A DNA stretch of 60,176 nt from positions 1 through 60,176 of the forward strand of contig JBBRCZ010000015.1 of assembly GCA_038204425.1 (NCBI GenBank). Direction: 5' to 3'. Positions 9,011 through 20,700 of this stretch are shown in pieces. A program made the translations under genes and the position numbers. Every line of letters starts with the position of its first letter. Position 1 is the first letter of the stretch. Below the pieces are notes generated by a model. The model saw only the letters and a list, made by a program, of their open reading frames with translations, made no database searches and was not told where the DNA came from. The stretch is from Spirochaetia bacterium (GTDB lineage Bacteria > Spirochaetota > Spirochaetia > DSM-27196 > Salinispiraceae).

Positions 9011-10210
9011 ATGGAACAAACGCAGAGCGTCTCCGAGCTTACCTCGATGCTCAAAGATCTCATAGAAGGCAGTTTTGGTGTGGTCCGAGTAGAGGGCGAG
9101 ATCTCAAATTTTAGGCCGTCATCAACCGGGCACTGGTATTTTACTCTCAAGGATGAATCTGCTGTTATTCAAGCTGTAATGTTTAGAAATCGTATTATGT
9201 CCTTAGAATTTGAACCTCAGGATGGACAACGGGTGGTATTGGTCGGCACACTTTCACTTTACGAAAAACGAGGTTCTTATCAGATTGTCTGTGATCGAAT
9301 GGAAGAAGCCGGCCTAGGCAAAATTTTACAAGAACTCGAAGAGCGCAAACAACGACTCGCCCTTGAAGGTCTTTTTTCTGCGCAGAACAAGCTGGCAATG
9401 CCTCAGTTTCCATCAAGAATCGTCTTGGTTACTTCTCCAACCGGTGCGGCCCTTAAGGATATACTTCATGTCTTGGCTAGACGAAACGCAGGCTTGGACA
9501 TAGTTATTGTGCCGTCGCCAGTGCAAGGCTCGGAGGCCGGTGCAAGACTTGCCCAAGCCATTGCGATTGCTGACCGCCACCAGCTTGGCGATGTCATTAT
9601 CTTAACCCGCGGTGGAGGAAGTCTTGAAGACCTTTTGCCATTTTCTGAGGAAATCTTGGTGCGCGCAATTGCAGCCTGCAAAACGCCAATCATTAGCGCG
9701 GTCGGCCACGAAATTGACACAAGTTTGTCAGACTTAGCTGCAGACCTTCGCGCGCCGACACCTTCTGCCGCTGCAGAAATTGTGGCTGCCAACCGTAGTG
9801 AAGTAGTAAATCGTATTGTCGGCGCCGGCAGAAACATAATCCATGCCCTGTCTATGCACTTGGCCAAGTGCCGCCGAGGTTTGCGTCCTTTTTTGGCAGA
9901 CAGTTTAGAAGACACGTTTAGACAGTTTATGCAGCCTCGTATGCAAAGACTGGACGATGGTAAGGAAGACCTTATTGTTGGTATGCAGCACTATTGCCTC
10001 TATTTACGACAAACACTTGATAGCCATGCCTTGGTATTTGAAAGCCTGTCGCCTGAGAATGTACTCAAACGCGGTTACGCCATCGTTAAGCAGGCCGACC
10101 AGATCCTAAGCTCTAAGCCTGAGGGGCAAGCAAGACTAAGTATTCAATGGCACGACGGAGTGCGACAGGCTGACTTGATACAAACAGACTCTAAACAAGG
10201 AGATTCTTGA
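9011..10210 (+). CDS. xseA: Exodeoxyribonuclease VII large subunit
   Basis: VEGEISNF, GHWYFTLKD, VTSPTGAALKDI, RGGGSLEDL, SAVGHEID, RAPTPSAAAE. Confidence 0.96.
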   Translation: MEQTQSVSELTSMLKDLIEGSFGVVRVEGEISNFRPSSTGHWYFTLKDESAVIQAVMFRNRIMSLEFEPQDGQRVVLVGTLSLYEKRGSYQIVCDRMEEAGLGKILQELEERKQRLALEGLFSAQNKLAMPQFPSRIVLVTSPTGAALKDILHVLARRNAGLDIVIVPSPVQGSEAGARLAQAIAIADRHQLGDVIILTRGGGSLEDLLPFSEEILVRAIAACKTPIISAVGHEIDTSLSDLAADLRAPTPSAAAEIVAANRSEVVNRIVGAGRNIIHALSMHLAKCRRGLRPFLADSLEDTFRQFMQPRMQRLDDGKEDLIVGMQHYCLYLRQTLDSHALVFESLSPENVLKRGYAIVKQADQILSSKPEGQARLSIQWHDGVRQADLIQTDSKQGDS

Positions 10211-10455
10211 TGGAAAGTTTTGAAGAGCGACTAGAACGACTAGAAGAAATTAGTGAAAAGCTGCGTCGCGGCGACTTGGGCCTAGAAGATGCAAGTCTAG
10301 TTTTTGAAGAAGGTATTAAGCTCGCTAAGGGCCTTGAAAAAGAACTTGCCAAGGTCGAACGGCGTATAGAAATATTGATTAACGAACCCAAGACGGTGGG
10401 TGAAAAGCCAATTCTTGAGTTGTTTCCAGAACTATCCAGCCTCAAGGAAGATTGA
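10210..10455 (+). CDS. xseB: Exodeoxyribonuclease VII small subunit
   Basis: SFEERLERLEEI...LEDASLVFEEGIKL; TGATG coupling to xseA. Confidence 0.95.
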   Translation: MESFEERLERLEEISEKLRRGDLGLEDASLVFEEGIKLAKGLEKELAKVERRIEILINEPKTVGEKPILELFPELSSLKED

Positions 10456-10924
10456 GCGCTTCTAGGTCAAAACGATCGCCAATCTTGACTCCAAGCGTTA
10501 AAAAAGCGCCTTTTTTGACTTCCAATGCAAAGCGTGCTGGCCCTGAAGATAAGACTGAGCTGAGATTGTGAGCTTGCATGTCCTGAATATCGATTATGGT
10601 ACCAGAACTGTCAACAAAGGCGATCGAGAGTGGAATCAGCGTATTCTTCATCCAAAAACTACGAATTTCTTGATCATTGTAGATAAAAAGCATGCCATGT
10701 CCGAGTTTCAGTTGGCTTCGGTGCATGAGTCCCATCGTTCTATCTTGGTCATTTGCTGCAAGCTCGACTAAGAATTCTACCTTTCCTGTCTTGAGGCTAA
10801 CTCTTTCTCTTACAGGATTTAACTCAGTTTGACAAGAAAGAAGCAGCCCGGCCGCCATCAAAGCAATGAGGACTGCCAAAACATCAAAGATACAATGTTT
10901 AAAGTGTCTTGATAAAAACGTCAC
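10442..10924 (-). CDS. DUF192 family protein (possible lipoprotein)
   Basis: VELAANDQDRTMGLMHR, GMLFIY, FWMKNTLIPLSIAF, ALEV; LLLSC lipobox-like motif. Confidence 0.88.
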   Translation of the reverse strand: MTFLSRHFKHCIFDVLAVLIALMAAGLLLSCQTELNPVRERVSLKTGKVEFLVELAANDQDRTMGLMHRSQLKLGHGMLFIYNDQEIRSFWMKNTLIPLSIAFVDSSGTIIDIQDMQAHNLSSVLSSGPARFALEVKKGAFLTLGVKIGDRFDLEALNLP

Positions 10925-11480
10925 GGGTTTCTTCCTCCAAGGATTTTCTTATGCTGGCTTGCTGCAAAATTTGATCTATTACTTTTACATCCAGATACTT
11001 AACTACCAGTGGTTTTTCCAAAATTATACGAAGTTCTTGATCTTCCCAGCGACTATCACTGGGACTCAAACTTGCAGGATCACCATACCTGCGGGTAAAA
11101 TCAGTAAATAGCGAATAGTAGTCTATCATATCGGGGTTGAGTTCCAAGATTATGCTAAACAATTTTTCTTCACGAAACTGGAAAACACCACGTCTAATGA
11201 AGCTGCCGCCGCGAGTCTCGATGATGCGTTCGTCCTTGCCAGGATTGAGGCTAACGTCAGGAAGGCCGTCATAGTCCATGCCAGGATGACCCTTGATCGC
11301 CTCATAGGCATCTTGGTAGGGCATACCAATCTTAAACTTGCCAAAGCCTCTAGAAAGGCTTTCACGCGTTGGCTCAAGTGAACCAGCGTTTTGGGCTGTC
11401 GTTCCTGCCGCTATTATGGTTAAGAGCAAGGCAACAAACAGGCCAACTTTGTGTCCAGACTTTCCAAAAATGATAACCAT
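10899..11480 (-). CDS. Hypothetical exported protein
   Basis: 193-aa ORF with a signal peptide, tightly packed in the operon. Confidence 0.7.
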   Translation of the reverse strand: MVIIFGKSGHKVGLFVALLLTIIAAGTTAQNAGSLEPTRESLSRGFGKFKIGMPYQDAYEAIKGHPGMDYDGLPDVSLNPGKDERIIETRGGSFIRRGVFQFREEKLFSIILELNPDMIDYYSLFTDFTRRYGDPASLSPSDSRWEDQELRIILEKPLVVKYLDVKVIDQILQQASIRKSLEEETRDVFIKTL

Positions 11481-11482
11481 AG

Positions 11483-11875
11483 CTACCCCCTTGTCCTAAC
11501 CAAAAACGTCGCAAGTACAAAAAAACTTCCAAGAACTAATAACAACATAACCCAGACCCAGGCTGGAACCGCAGGCTTTTTTTTGGACCTGCTTTTAATG
11601 CTACCTTGCAATTCTTCTGGCGAATAGTCCACAAAGACATGGCCTCCTCGTGCGCTGCTAAGCGCATCCGAACCGCTGTGACCGGTCAGGCCACTGGGAC
11701 TGCTGTAGCCGCAGCGTGGACAGCCATTCAAAAAAACCTTGGAATCCGACTGAAAGCCACACTGTTGGCACTTTACCTGCGAAAAAAAACTTCCACAGTG
11801 AGAACAAATCTTATCGTTGGCTTTGACCTGATGCCCACAAAATTCGCAATAAAACCTAACGTCTTTTGAACTCAT
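11483..11875 (-). CDS. Zinc-ribbon protein with C-terminal membrane anchor
   Basis: Four CxxC motifs (CEFC, CSHC, CQQC, CPRC) and a hydrophobic C-terminal helix. Confidence 0.8.
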   Translation of the reverse strand: MSSKDVRFYCEFCGHQVKANDKICSHCGSFFSQVKCQQCGFQSDSKVFLNGCPRCGYSSPSGLTGHSGSDALSSARGGHVFVDYSPEELQGSIKSRSKKKPAVPAWVWVMLLLVLGSFFVLATFLVRTRG

Positions 11876-11884
11876 AATTTAATT

Positions 11885-12880
11885 TTATTGTAGCAGTCTT
11901 GTTTGGGACAATACAAATTCCTCACTCATGATGCCGTCGCTTTGACTGCTTGCCACTTCTACAAGTCCGGACAGTAGTGCTGTTTTTTGCGCATCGGTCA
12001 AAAAATCTAACCTAATGCGACCTTCTACATAGTAACCGTTCCAGGCGTATTCTCCTACAATTCGTGTTTTTTGACCTTGTCCAGGATAGAGGAATATTGC
12101 TCCAAACGGTCCCGCTATGCGTAGATCAATAATCATCTGGCTCTGGACGCCCACTGTCGGATCATTGCCATATACCCTGAGCAAGAGTCCAAACCCCTTG
12201 TCAAAAGGACTAAAAGAGCCAGCCATTAAATAGAGATTGTTGCCGTCTTTAACGAACACCAATCTTTCTAGGTCGGTGCCAGCCTTGCGCAGCCACCTGG
12301 CTTGTGTTGCTGCAATTTGAACCGTAGCTGATTGATTGGTTTGAAAGATTTTTATGGGCAGGCTATTGCGAGAGAAGCGCAGTGTATCGTTGTACTTGAG
12401 CCATTCTATATAGCGTCCGTCAACTCGCGCCTTAAAATAGTTGAGGTCAAGCTCGCGACTGTCGAGTGTCACCGAAATTCTGTCTTTGAGAAATGGTTTT
12501 GCCTTACTCACTGACAGTTTTCCCAAGCTGCCTTGGTAGGCAGCTTTGTTGAGACGCAGATACCAGACCGGCCAGATACCCGAGGGATCAAGACTGATGC
12601 CAAGTACCAAGATTTCTTCATTTTCTGTAGAAATGCACGGGTTAAAGGTGGACGAGGCCAAGTGATCCCAGTCTTTCTGAAGCGAAAAGAATAGACGGCT
12701 TGGTTCTAACAATCTAGCTTCTATCTCGGCTGGTGGTGATTTTATCACCGCGTAGACGATTGCTTGTTGCGTGTCATTCTCCAAACGCAAGAACTTATCC
12801 GGATCCGTGTCGGCAATAGTCGCCGCAGCGAGTGTCAGCGGTAGCACAAGGATCAAAACTATAATAGACAAAGCTTTCAT
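11885..12880 (-). CDS. Hypothetical exported protein, possibly with a DOMON/CBM9-like C-terminal domain
   Basis: Signal peptide MKALSIIVLILVLPLTLAA; weak resemblance to DOMON-like sugar-binding domains (DGNNLYL, GYYVEGRI). Confidence 0.6.
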   Translation of the reverse strand: MKALSIIVLILVLPLTLAAATIADTDPDKFLRLENDTQQAIVYAVIKSPPAEIEARLLEPSRLFFSLQKDWDHLASSTFNPCISTENEEILVLGISLDPSGIWPVWYLRLNKAAYQGSLGKLSVSKAKPFLKDRISVTLDSRELDLNYFKARVDGRYIEWLKYNDTLRFSRNSLPIKIFQTNQSATVQIAATQARWLRKAGTDLERLVFVKDGNNLYLMAGSFSPFDKGFGLLLRVYGNDPTVGVQSQMIIDLRIAGPFGAIFLYPGQGQKTRIVGEYAWNGYYVEGRIRLDFLTDAQKTALLSGLVEVASSQSDGIMSEEFVLSQTRLLQ

Positions 12881-12955
12881 ATTGCTTATTATCGGTCTGA
12901 AGTTCGATAGATTATAGTGCAAGCTCTCGTTTTGACCAAGAGAACAGGCTTAAGA

Positions 12956-15900
12956 TTAGCGTTTTCGCAAAGCAAGCAAGGTCAAATCGTCATACTGAGC
13001 TTCTTCTTTGAGGTGCGTGTATTCCCAATACAGGTCGTACTTGTTTGCATCTCGTTGAAAGCGAAAGTAATTACGGTATTGTACAAAGTACTTTTTGAGA
13101 AAATCGTCAACAACCTTGTCAATCAGGATTCGATTTTCCTCATTCGCCTTGGGATCAGGAATAATACGGAAGATCTTTTCTACCGCAACAAGACCGAGGA
13201 CAGTGTCTTCGGCACTTCCTGTCAGAGTACTAAAGTCAAATTCTAAAACTTCGTTTTCTATTGGATTTTTGTGCTTCTTTAAAAAATAACGTTGCTTGCT
13301 TTGTACGGCCGCAACTATTTCTTTGATTCGCTCGACCCCAAACTCTTCAAAGGTAGAACCAGCGCGCACTCCTTCTGGAACCAGTCCCAGTTCCACATCC
13401 TTTTCATTGGCAGGAGAAAGAGAAAAGTCTGCATTGCGGTAATGGCGTTGTGACTCTTCGACACCGTCAGTAAACATCAAGAGAATATCACCGATATGAA
13501 GCTGGTTTTTATCCTCCGCAAAGGTAATCGGGAAGACCTTTGAGCTAAACTGTCCGGCTGCAGGAGGATTGGCTAAGGAAATCGTCTCAACTGCTCGGTC
13601 TATATCTCGGTAAATATGAACCAAGTTGTCGCCGGCGTTGCAGAAGGTACATTCTCCGTTTTTTTCGTTAAAGAGCACGATGTTAAATGCCGCAAAACGA
13701 GCCTCAAACTCACGTTCTGCAACCAAGTCGTTGATAGTGCGTACCAGCGGTACCAAGGCGCCTTCGTCTTTAGTAGTGGTGCCACTAAGTTTTCTAAAAC
13801 GTTTGCGTTCTAGTTCTTTGCGTTGCCAATCCTCAAAGTGGTTGAGAAAGAGTGTCGCGACTTCAACCATAATCAAAGCAGCTGGAATACCTTTGCCGGC
13901 AATATCACATTTGATACAGGCATAGACGTCAGGGCTAATCTTTTGGTAGTAGAAATAGTCACCGGAAACGCCTTTGGCACCTTCGTAGTAGCCAAAAATT
14001 TCAGAGTGTTCGCTATTGGCTTTGCCTGTTGTGCCCTTGCCCTTACCAACTTTGTCGAGAGGAATAAACATTTTTTGAATATCTTTACCGGCGATCAAGT
14101 CTTTATTGGTTTCCGCGCCTTTTTTGAGACCGCCTACCATGCTTATAATGGTATTGGCAAGCGTCTTTAGTTCGTCTTTGCTATTGATACGTAAAGGGTC
14201 TTTGTGCAGAAAGTCGTCAAACATTTTTTCTTGAGTGACAACATCAAGTGAAATAATGTCTTTGACCAATTCCACTCCGCGAACAAGCCGCCTAATAGGG
14301 TTAACAATAATTGTTGACAAGACAATCGCACCGATCAATCCACCCAAGAGAGCTATTGCGGCAAAAATTATGACATTGATGATTATCTCGTTTTGAGTAG
14401 TGGCAATCTGCTGGTTGATCCTGGTGGTGTTTACTCCAATACGAACCAAGCCGCGATAGTAGCGGGCAAGTTGCGCATCAGCATCGCGAGCGTCACGGTA
14501 GTAAATTGGTTTGTAAAAAATATAGTCGGTAATCGCCTCGTCATAAGCACGCGCGTTGTAAGTTGGAATGCTCTTCATGTCGCCAGCTACTTGATCGAGT
14601 GTGGTAATCAGCGATTGGTCCAATTGACGAGCGATGCCATCTATACGTTGTCTTTCGTTATCACCAGCTTGGCTTCTATCGTTGGCCAAAGAGCTCAGTT
14701 CGGCCCTGCGCTGGCGCAGATCCGATGGTATAGTGCCAAGTTTTATGCGAGCATCGTTATCAAACTTTTCTTGTTGTTCTATCACTGTTTTGGCAAGGAT
14801 ATCGTCAATAGTTGACCGACCTGCAACAAAGGGCACAATCGTAGCGCTGCGCTTGATAACCGGCAGGGTGCTCTCGACGCTTTCACCGGACAAAACAGGG
14901 TCGGTGCTTCCCCAGATATTGTCAAATCCAGAATCTTCTGCAATTCCCTTGCCCGAAATGGTTATATAGCTAACTTCTTGCATAGCTTTACCTTGCTCGG
15001 CAAGTCTAGAGAGCTCGATGCTGTATTGTTCTGCATCGGGCAAAAAGTTGGCGGCACTGGAGCCAACGCTCTCCATCATGACGCGCAAACGGTCTTCTAG
15101 TGCTTGGGCCAAAACCATTTTTTGGTTGGACTGGATATAGTTACTCAAAGGAAGTGCAACAATAGCCACAACAGTAACGACCAAGAATAAGAAAAACACG
15201 GTAAACTTGATTCTCAAACCGCGTATTTGAATCTTCATTGTTTGAACCTTTCCTTTTTTGAGCCACAAAGGACTGATGCTGCCCGAAATTAGCGCCCGTG
15301 CCGTGTCTTGCATAAGCACGGCATCAGCATAGACCCTACGAAGTTGTAAAGAACTAAAGCTTATAACTACCAACAAAAGCAGTGCCACTAAAATCATTAA
15401 AATGTTGCCACTAGAAATTGAATAAGCAGCTTGTACACTAATTTTGTAACGGCCGAGGTTGGATAGGTCAACGTCGCCATATTTTATGACGCCGCGCTCT
15501 TCAAAGGCTAGTCGCCTGTCCGAAAAAGCCATGCCACGCTCGCTGTGTTCTAGGCCAATCAGATACGACGCCGTCTTAACATTGTCTAACACAAGGTTCT
15601 GAAGTATACGATCTGAGCTGACTTGGTAGGCAGCTCTACTCAAAACATATTCGTAGTCCCAAGGCGCCAGTGCGTCACGATCCAGCACAACCCGGACTAT
15701 CGTACCATTGCTAGTAAAGCCCCTCCCGCTAATGCTTAAGAAACGTTGACCACTGAGGTCTTGGGCTACATTTACAAAGTCGAGCCTGGTGCGAGGGATA
15801 AATTTATTGGCCCTAAAGAACAGATAGCTGGGCGAACTTACGTTGCCAACTCGATCGTATGACCATAAGGCCATGGCATAAATGCCATTTTCGACGTTAA

Positions 15901-17743
15901 CCCGTGATATGTCGTTGGACTTAAGGCGCTCCATAACAGGAAATAGTGGATTGTTGGCCATAAAGTAAGGTGGATCAAAAAACTCTGGTAGTCCCAAATA
16001 CTGCAAACTATATTGATAGCCATCTAAGTCTAGGTCAGGAGAAGATTGCCAAGAAACATCAAAGGAGTTTGAAGCCAAATAGCCGGATTCATCTAGCTTT
16101 AGGGGCAAAAATCTCGGCGATAACGGCGGCGTGGTATCGAGCCAGTAGCTCAAGGTTGAGGGATCTGACCAGTTGCCAAGTTTGTCTACTGACCTTACTT
16201 TAAGAAACCATTCACCATCTTTTGTCGGTAGCAAGCTGGGCAATTGGCTAGTAACGTTTAGGTTTTCTTTGCGTTGCACCTCTGCGTCGCGCTGCATGGT
16301 AAAGATCCAAGAATAGCCTATAATGCCCGATGCGTCAGCAGGTGCTTGCATGCGCACATTTAAAGAACTCAGGTTATCTCGCCCGCCCTCAATAAAGTTG
16401 AGACTCGTCAAACGCGGCGGCAAAGCTTGCCGATCTGGTTCTACATAGACTAAGCGAAAAGGGGCATCTTCGCTACGATCTTGGCGAGAGTGAAAAACCA
16501 AGTGAAAACGATTATCTAAGACTGCAATACTGGCAAATGAAGCCTCGCGAACTTCGCCGTTCATCTGTTGACTCGACCAGCGACCTTGAGCGCTACGGAG
16601 AGACAAGAAAACTCTACTTCCTTGATTGGGAGCCGAGAACCAAGTCACAAATTCGCTACCGTCTTTGCTGAGCCACTCGGGATTAAACGCTCCACTTGCG
16701 ACTTCGGAAATCTTTTCTGGAGGACCGAGTGGCTTGAGCTCACTATCCAAGCGGACATAGTGGATTTGGCGAGCACTACGACCGCGACCGCGCTCCCATA
16801 GTAGCACCAGCTCTTGCTTATCTAGAGCTACAAAGGGCCTTTGATTGTCGTAACTGCGAGCAACAGCTCCTGTTAGGCGATCCGCATCCTCTACAAAGTC
16901 GCTAAAAAAGCGCCCGTTAGACCATGTAATGCCACCATCAACCGAGGTCTTTACAAAAATCTGATTGTAAGCAAAACGTGAGTTTTGAATGTCTTGATCT
17001 CTAAAGTCGAAGCTTTGGAAAAAGAGCACGTCCTTATTGCCTATCCTTACGTAACTAGGGTTGAGGTTGAAATTGCCCTGTAAGTCATCGTCAATAGCTT
17101 GCGGTTGCGTCCATTCGGCGCCCAAACTTGCGACTCGAGATGCAGCGAGATTAAAGTTATTGCCTATAATTCTAGTCAAAAAAAGTATTGCAGAACCGTC
17201 CTGATGTAAGAAAAGGCGTGGGTTTACCATGGTAAGGTCTGAACGAATACTACCAAGGTCGCTCTTATTGATGCTGCCGTCGGATCCAAGCAGCAGTTCC
17301 ACTACATTGATGCGAAGTGGGCCATTGGTGTAAGCCAGCGCCAAACGTTCTCGCGTGCCAATTGTCTGCTTGGTCAAAGAGTAAACCAAGGGGACACTGT
17401 TTGCAGCAAAAGGAATATTGTCGACTAGCACCTGGGCGTTCCCAAAACGACCGCTCTCAAGAGCAAGCCTTGCAACTATGCTAATGGTAGAAACGTCCAC
17501 AGAGCTGGTCCTCAAAACTTGATAAACCAAGACTAATTGCCTGCCTACGGTGAGCAAACGGGCAAAACGAGCATTTTCTTGGCTCAAGACGCGTGGAGGC
17601 TCATAGTAGTCTGGTGTCACTTGAGCGTTAGCTACAAAATTTGTACCTAAAATGCACAACGCCAAAGCCAGTAGACGTAAAAAAAACTGAGAATTGCAGA
17701 AAAGTATAGTTTGTCCAGAAAATGCTCGTTTGAACCCTATCAT
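12956..17743 (-). CDS. Giant membrane sensor: periplasmic Asp-box/FN3-like region, TM helices, HAMP, SpoIIE/PP2C phosphatase
   Basis: Signal peptide; SVDGGITWS Asp-box; VRSVDKLGNWS FN3-like motif; IVNPIRRL...SKDELKTLA HAMP; GVSGDYF, CDIAGKGIPAALIM, NAGDN, FTDGVEE, YDDLTLL. Confidence 0.88.
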   Translation of the reverse strand: MIGFKRAFSGQTILFCNSQFFLRLLALALCILGTNFVANAQVTPDYYEPPRVLSQENARFARLLTVGRQLVLVYQVLRTSSVDVSTISIVARLALESGRFGNAQVLVDNIPFAANSVPLVYSLTKQTIGTRERLALAYTNGPLRINVVELLLGSDGSINKSDLGSIRSDLTMVNPRLFLHQDGSAILFLTRIIGNNFNLAASRVASLGAEWTQPQAIDDDLQGNFNLNPSYVRIGNKDVLFFQSFDFRDQDIQNSRFAYNQIFVKTSVDGGITWSNGRFFSDFVEDADRLTGAVARSYDNQRPFVALDKQELVLLWERGRGRSARQIHYVRLDSELKPLGPPEKISEVASGAFNPEWLSKDGSEFVTWFSAPNQGSRVFLSLRSAQGRWSSQQMNGEVREASFASIAVLDNRFHLVFHSRQDRSEDAPFRLVYVEPDRQALPPRLTSLNFIEGGRDNLSSLNVRMQAPADASGIIGYSWIFTMQRDAEVQRKENLNVTSQLPSLLPTKDGEWFLKVRSVDKLGNWSDPSTLSYWLDTTPPLSPRFLPLKLDESGYLASNSFDVSWQSSPDLDLDGYQYSLQYLGLPEFFDPPYFMANNPLFPVMERLKSNDISRVNVENGIYAMALWSYDRVGNVSSPSYLFFRANKFIPRTRLDFVNVAQDLSGQRFLSISGRGFTSNGTIVRVVLDRDALAPWDYEYVLSRAAYQVSSDRILQNLVLDNVKTASYLIGLEHSERGMAFSDRRLAFEERGVIKYGDVDLSNLGRYKISVQAAYSISSGNILMILVALLLLVVISFSSLQLRRVYADAVLMQDTARALISGSISPLWLKKGKVQTMKIQIRGLRIKFTVFFLFLVVTVVAIVALPLSNYIQSNQKMVLAQALEDRLRVMMESVGSSAANFLPDAEQYSIELSRLAEQGKAMQEVSYITISGKGIAEDSGFDNIWGSTDPVLSGESVESTLPVIKRSATIVPFVAGRSTIDDILAKTVIEQQEKFDNDARIKLGTIPSDLRQRRAELSSLANDRSQAGDNERQRIDGIARQLDQSLITTLDQVAGDMKSIPTYNARAYDEAITDYIFYKPIYYRDARDADAQLARYYRGLVRIGVNTTRINQQIATTQNEIIINVIIFAAIALLGGLIGAIVLSTIIVNPIRRLVRGVELVKDIISLDVVTQEKMFDDFLHKDPLRINSKDELKTLANTIISMVGGLKKGAETNKDLIAGKDIQKMFIPLDKVGKGKGTTGKANSEHSEIFGYYEGAKGVSGDYFYYQKISPDVYACIKCDIAGKGIPAALIMVEVATLFLNHFEDWQRKELERKRFRKLSGTTTKDEGALVPLVRTINDLVAEREFEARFAAFNIVLFNEKNGECTFCNAGDNLVHIYRDIDRAVETISLANPPAAGQFSSKVFPITFAEDKNQLHIGDILLMFTDGVEESQRHYRNADFSLSPANEKDVELGLVPEGVRAGSTFEEFGVERIKEIVAAVQSKQRYFLKKHKNPIENEVLEFDFSTLTGSAEDTVLGLVAVEKIFRIIPDPKANEENRILIDKVVDDFLKKYFVQYRNYFRFQRDANKYDLYWEYTHLKEEAQYDDLTLLALRKR

Positions 17744-20700
17744 AACTCTCGTTCTATCCTGCCCTTCAACTGCTCAAGTGGTACATATAAACGATTACGC
17801 GTGTTATTCCATAGTTGGTCAACCAAGATCTTTGAATCAGAGAATCTTCGTTGGATGTACAAAGCTTGCGCTTGGCGGAAAATTCTTTCATCCGCTGTGG
17901 TCATGATGACCGCAATACCACCTACCGCCGCTCGAATGTCCCCACTCAGTGCGCTTGCCTGTCGATTCTCAGGGTCAATCTGCAAGGCCCGCTGCGCCAA
18001 CTGCAAGGCTTCGTTGTAGCGAGCGGAATTGCGCAAAGCAAAGATGCGGGCTGCCTGTTGCGCCAATGCCTGGGACTCATTCTTACGCCTGACGTCCACT
18101 GGATTTGGGTCTAGTCCAATAGCAATTCTAATTTGAGAAATAATGGCAGCAAAGCCATAGTAGCCGCGATTGATCTCTCGCAGTGCTTCAATGTTGGTTA
18201 ACGCGTTGATTTGGTCGTCAAGAATGCCCGAACCAATCGCAAGTCTGGCGGTATTCATGGCCTCTGCGGCCGCACGCCTAAATTTGTCATCAAAGCTTGT
18301 CGTATCATCAAGGAAATCTAGCTTCAACTGCAACAACTTGGCAGCGGAATTGTTTCGTTTAAGCTGAAAGACTGCCAGTATGTTTGAACGTGCTCGAGCA
18401 ATTAGAGTTTTTGATCGTTGTTCGTCACCGGTTTTTTTGAGCTCTACCGCGCTCAGATAGTCAACTTGAGCAAGATTGAGATAGTTTGCCAGCGTGACGT
18501 AGGCTGGATCACTCTCGGCAATAGTTTTTTCTTGCGACAAGGTACCTGCTGCTGTGATCCTTCCGCGCCAATACTTAATGTCTTCGTCTTCGGCTTTAGG
18601 ATTTTGTTTATACGGGCGAGTCTGTTTAAAATAGCGATCTGCATCATTGATGTAATCAAGCGCTAAGCCAAATTGTTCGTTGTCAAACTCGTTACGAGCT
18701 CGGGCAACAAAGCTTTGAATCTGCTTAGCCAAATATACTTCTCGCACTCTATCAATCTCGAGACGTAGATCCTGCAGTCGTTGGTCCGCTTGACTGCGTT
18801 CTTGATTGTTAAATGCAAGATCAAACGAACTATTGAATAAATCCCCCGACTGCTCCCATGCGGTTTCTGCAGCATCGAGGTCAAGGCGGGCGTCCTCCAA
18901 AAAGCCTCGTCCGCGAACAATTCCTTGTTCTGCTTGTGTCTTTAAAGCAGAGGCCCGCGTTATATTTTGCTGAGCCTGATTTTTTAAGGACAGTACTGCC
19001 GCTAGCTCTTGTCCAAGCCGAGTCTGAGTACTGTCTATCTGGCTCACTATGGATTGCACCGCGGCAAAGCCTGAGAGTTCTATCCGCTGGGCCCGTATAC
19101 TATCGGTCAGTGCACGTAAACTTGCCTGCCAGAGCTTAGTCTTGTTCTCAAGCTCGTTGAGCTGAGCGAGGGCGCGGTCTGGAAACTTTAAGATAGCGGT
19201 GTCACTTCCTACGGCGGTAGTTAGACCGTTTAGATAAAGACGAGCCTGATTGAGATCTTCAGGATTGGCCGTAATGGGACTAACGATAGCGGTCAAGCCG
19301 GTATTGGTGCGCGCCACGTATCGTTGACGCCCAAAAGCCAGCGCGCTAGCAGCGTTCTTTTGATAAAGGCTTTCGGCGATGAGCCGATGGCGATTACGTA
19401 CTTGAGTAGTGAGACCAGGTAGGCCGCTTTGTTCATTTTGGCTAGCCAAATACTGACTATAAGACAATAGGATGGCATCATAGCTGCTCAGGCTACGCTC
19501 AACGGCGTTTGCGCCAGTGTCAGCAAGTAAAGTCCTAAGTTCCAACCCAAAAGTCACTTGAGCGTTTACTTGGTCGTAGGCCAATAGTTCTGAGAGTAGC
19601 TCATTTGGTTGGGCTTGAAACCGTGGCGCCAGATTTGCCGCAATCTGCTCAAAGCTTGGATTTACGCCAAGGTCAAGTCCGCTTTGAAGACTCAAGGCAC
19701 GTTGGTAAAGTAAACCTCGGGCTCGCAAACGAGCAAAGCCATTCCGAGCACCTACTAGGTCATCTTGAGCCAGAAAAGCAGCAAACTGCTCCTTGCTGCT
19801 TTGGTAACGCTGGGATAAGGCTAAAAGAGTTGATTGATATTCTCGTTCTAAATATTCGCGGGCCACAAAGACAATACCCTGCTTATTAGCTAGATCCGCC
19901 GGCGGGCCAGACATAAACTCTTGGATAAACTTGAGATACTCGTTGTATATATTGCGAGGAAAGTCTTTTTCTGCCTCTGCCGCAATCAAGCGAACAGCAT
20001 CAACTGAGTTTTCAAAGGTAATTGGAAACCGTACTGCCAAGAGAAACTGGCTGGCAAAACGGTTAAAGTCGCTTATTGGTTCTGCTGTATCGCTGGCGCC
20101 CGAAATAGCCACGTTAAAGTCGCCAAGCACGGTAAGCATCTGGATACCTGCCGCCTGATAAGTAACTACGCTGGTGCGCAGTTGGTCTATGTAGGCCAGT
20201 GCCCGGGTCCTAAACTCGAGGCTTTGGGTGCCGTTTTCAAAATCCGTTCGTAAGAGCTTAAACCCGGATTCATACTTTTTAAGTGCTTCCATAAGTTGAG
20301 CGGCTTGGATATCCACCAAAGCCGCAGCCATAAGGTCGTTTTTGGTCTTGCGGTCAACCTGCAGTTTTGCAGTAATGCGGGCGTTTTCCAACTGCGCTTT
20401 GATTGCCTCGCCCGGGTTTTCTTCTAGTGCCAACATAGCGTCGATAAGTTCCAAAGACTCTTTGTAGCCACCGGGATTCTCGGTAAGATTTTTGATGAGC
20501 GCCTGACTGAGTTGATTATAGAGGTCTTTCTTCCGTCTGATCTCACCAGCCATGTCCTCAACTTCGTCGAGGTTTTTGGAATCATTTCGATAGCTTTCTG
20601 CAATAAAACGCAGTGCATCATTGTTCTGATTGCTGTCCATCAACTGTCTTGACCTAAGTCTTTTTACCTGTGCCATCAAGAACTCAGCTTCGTCCATTGA

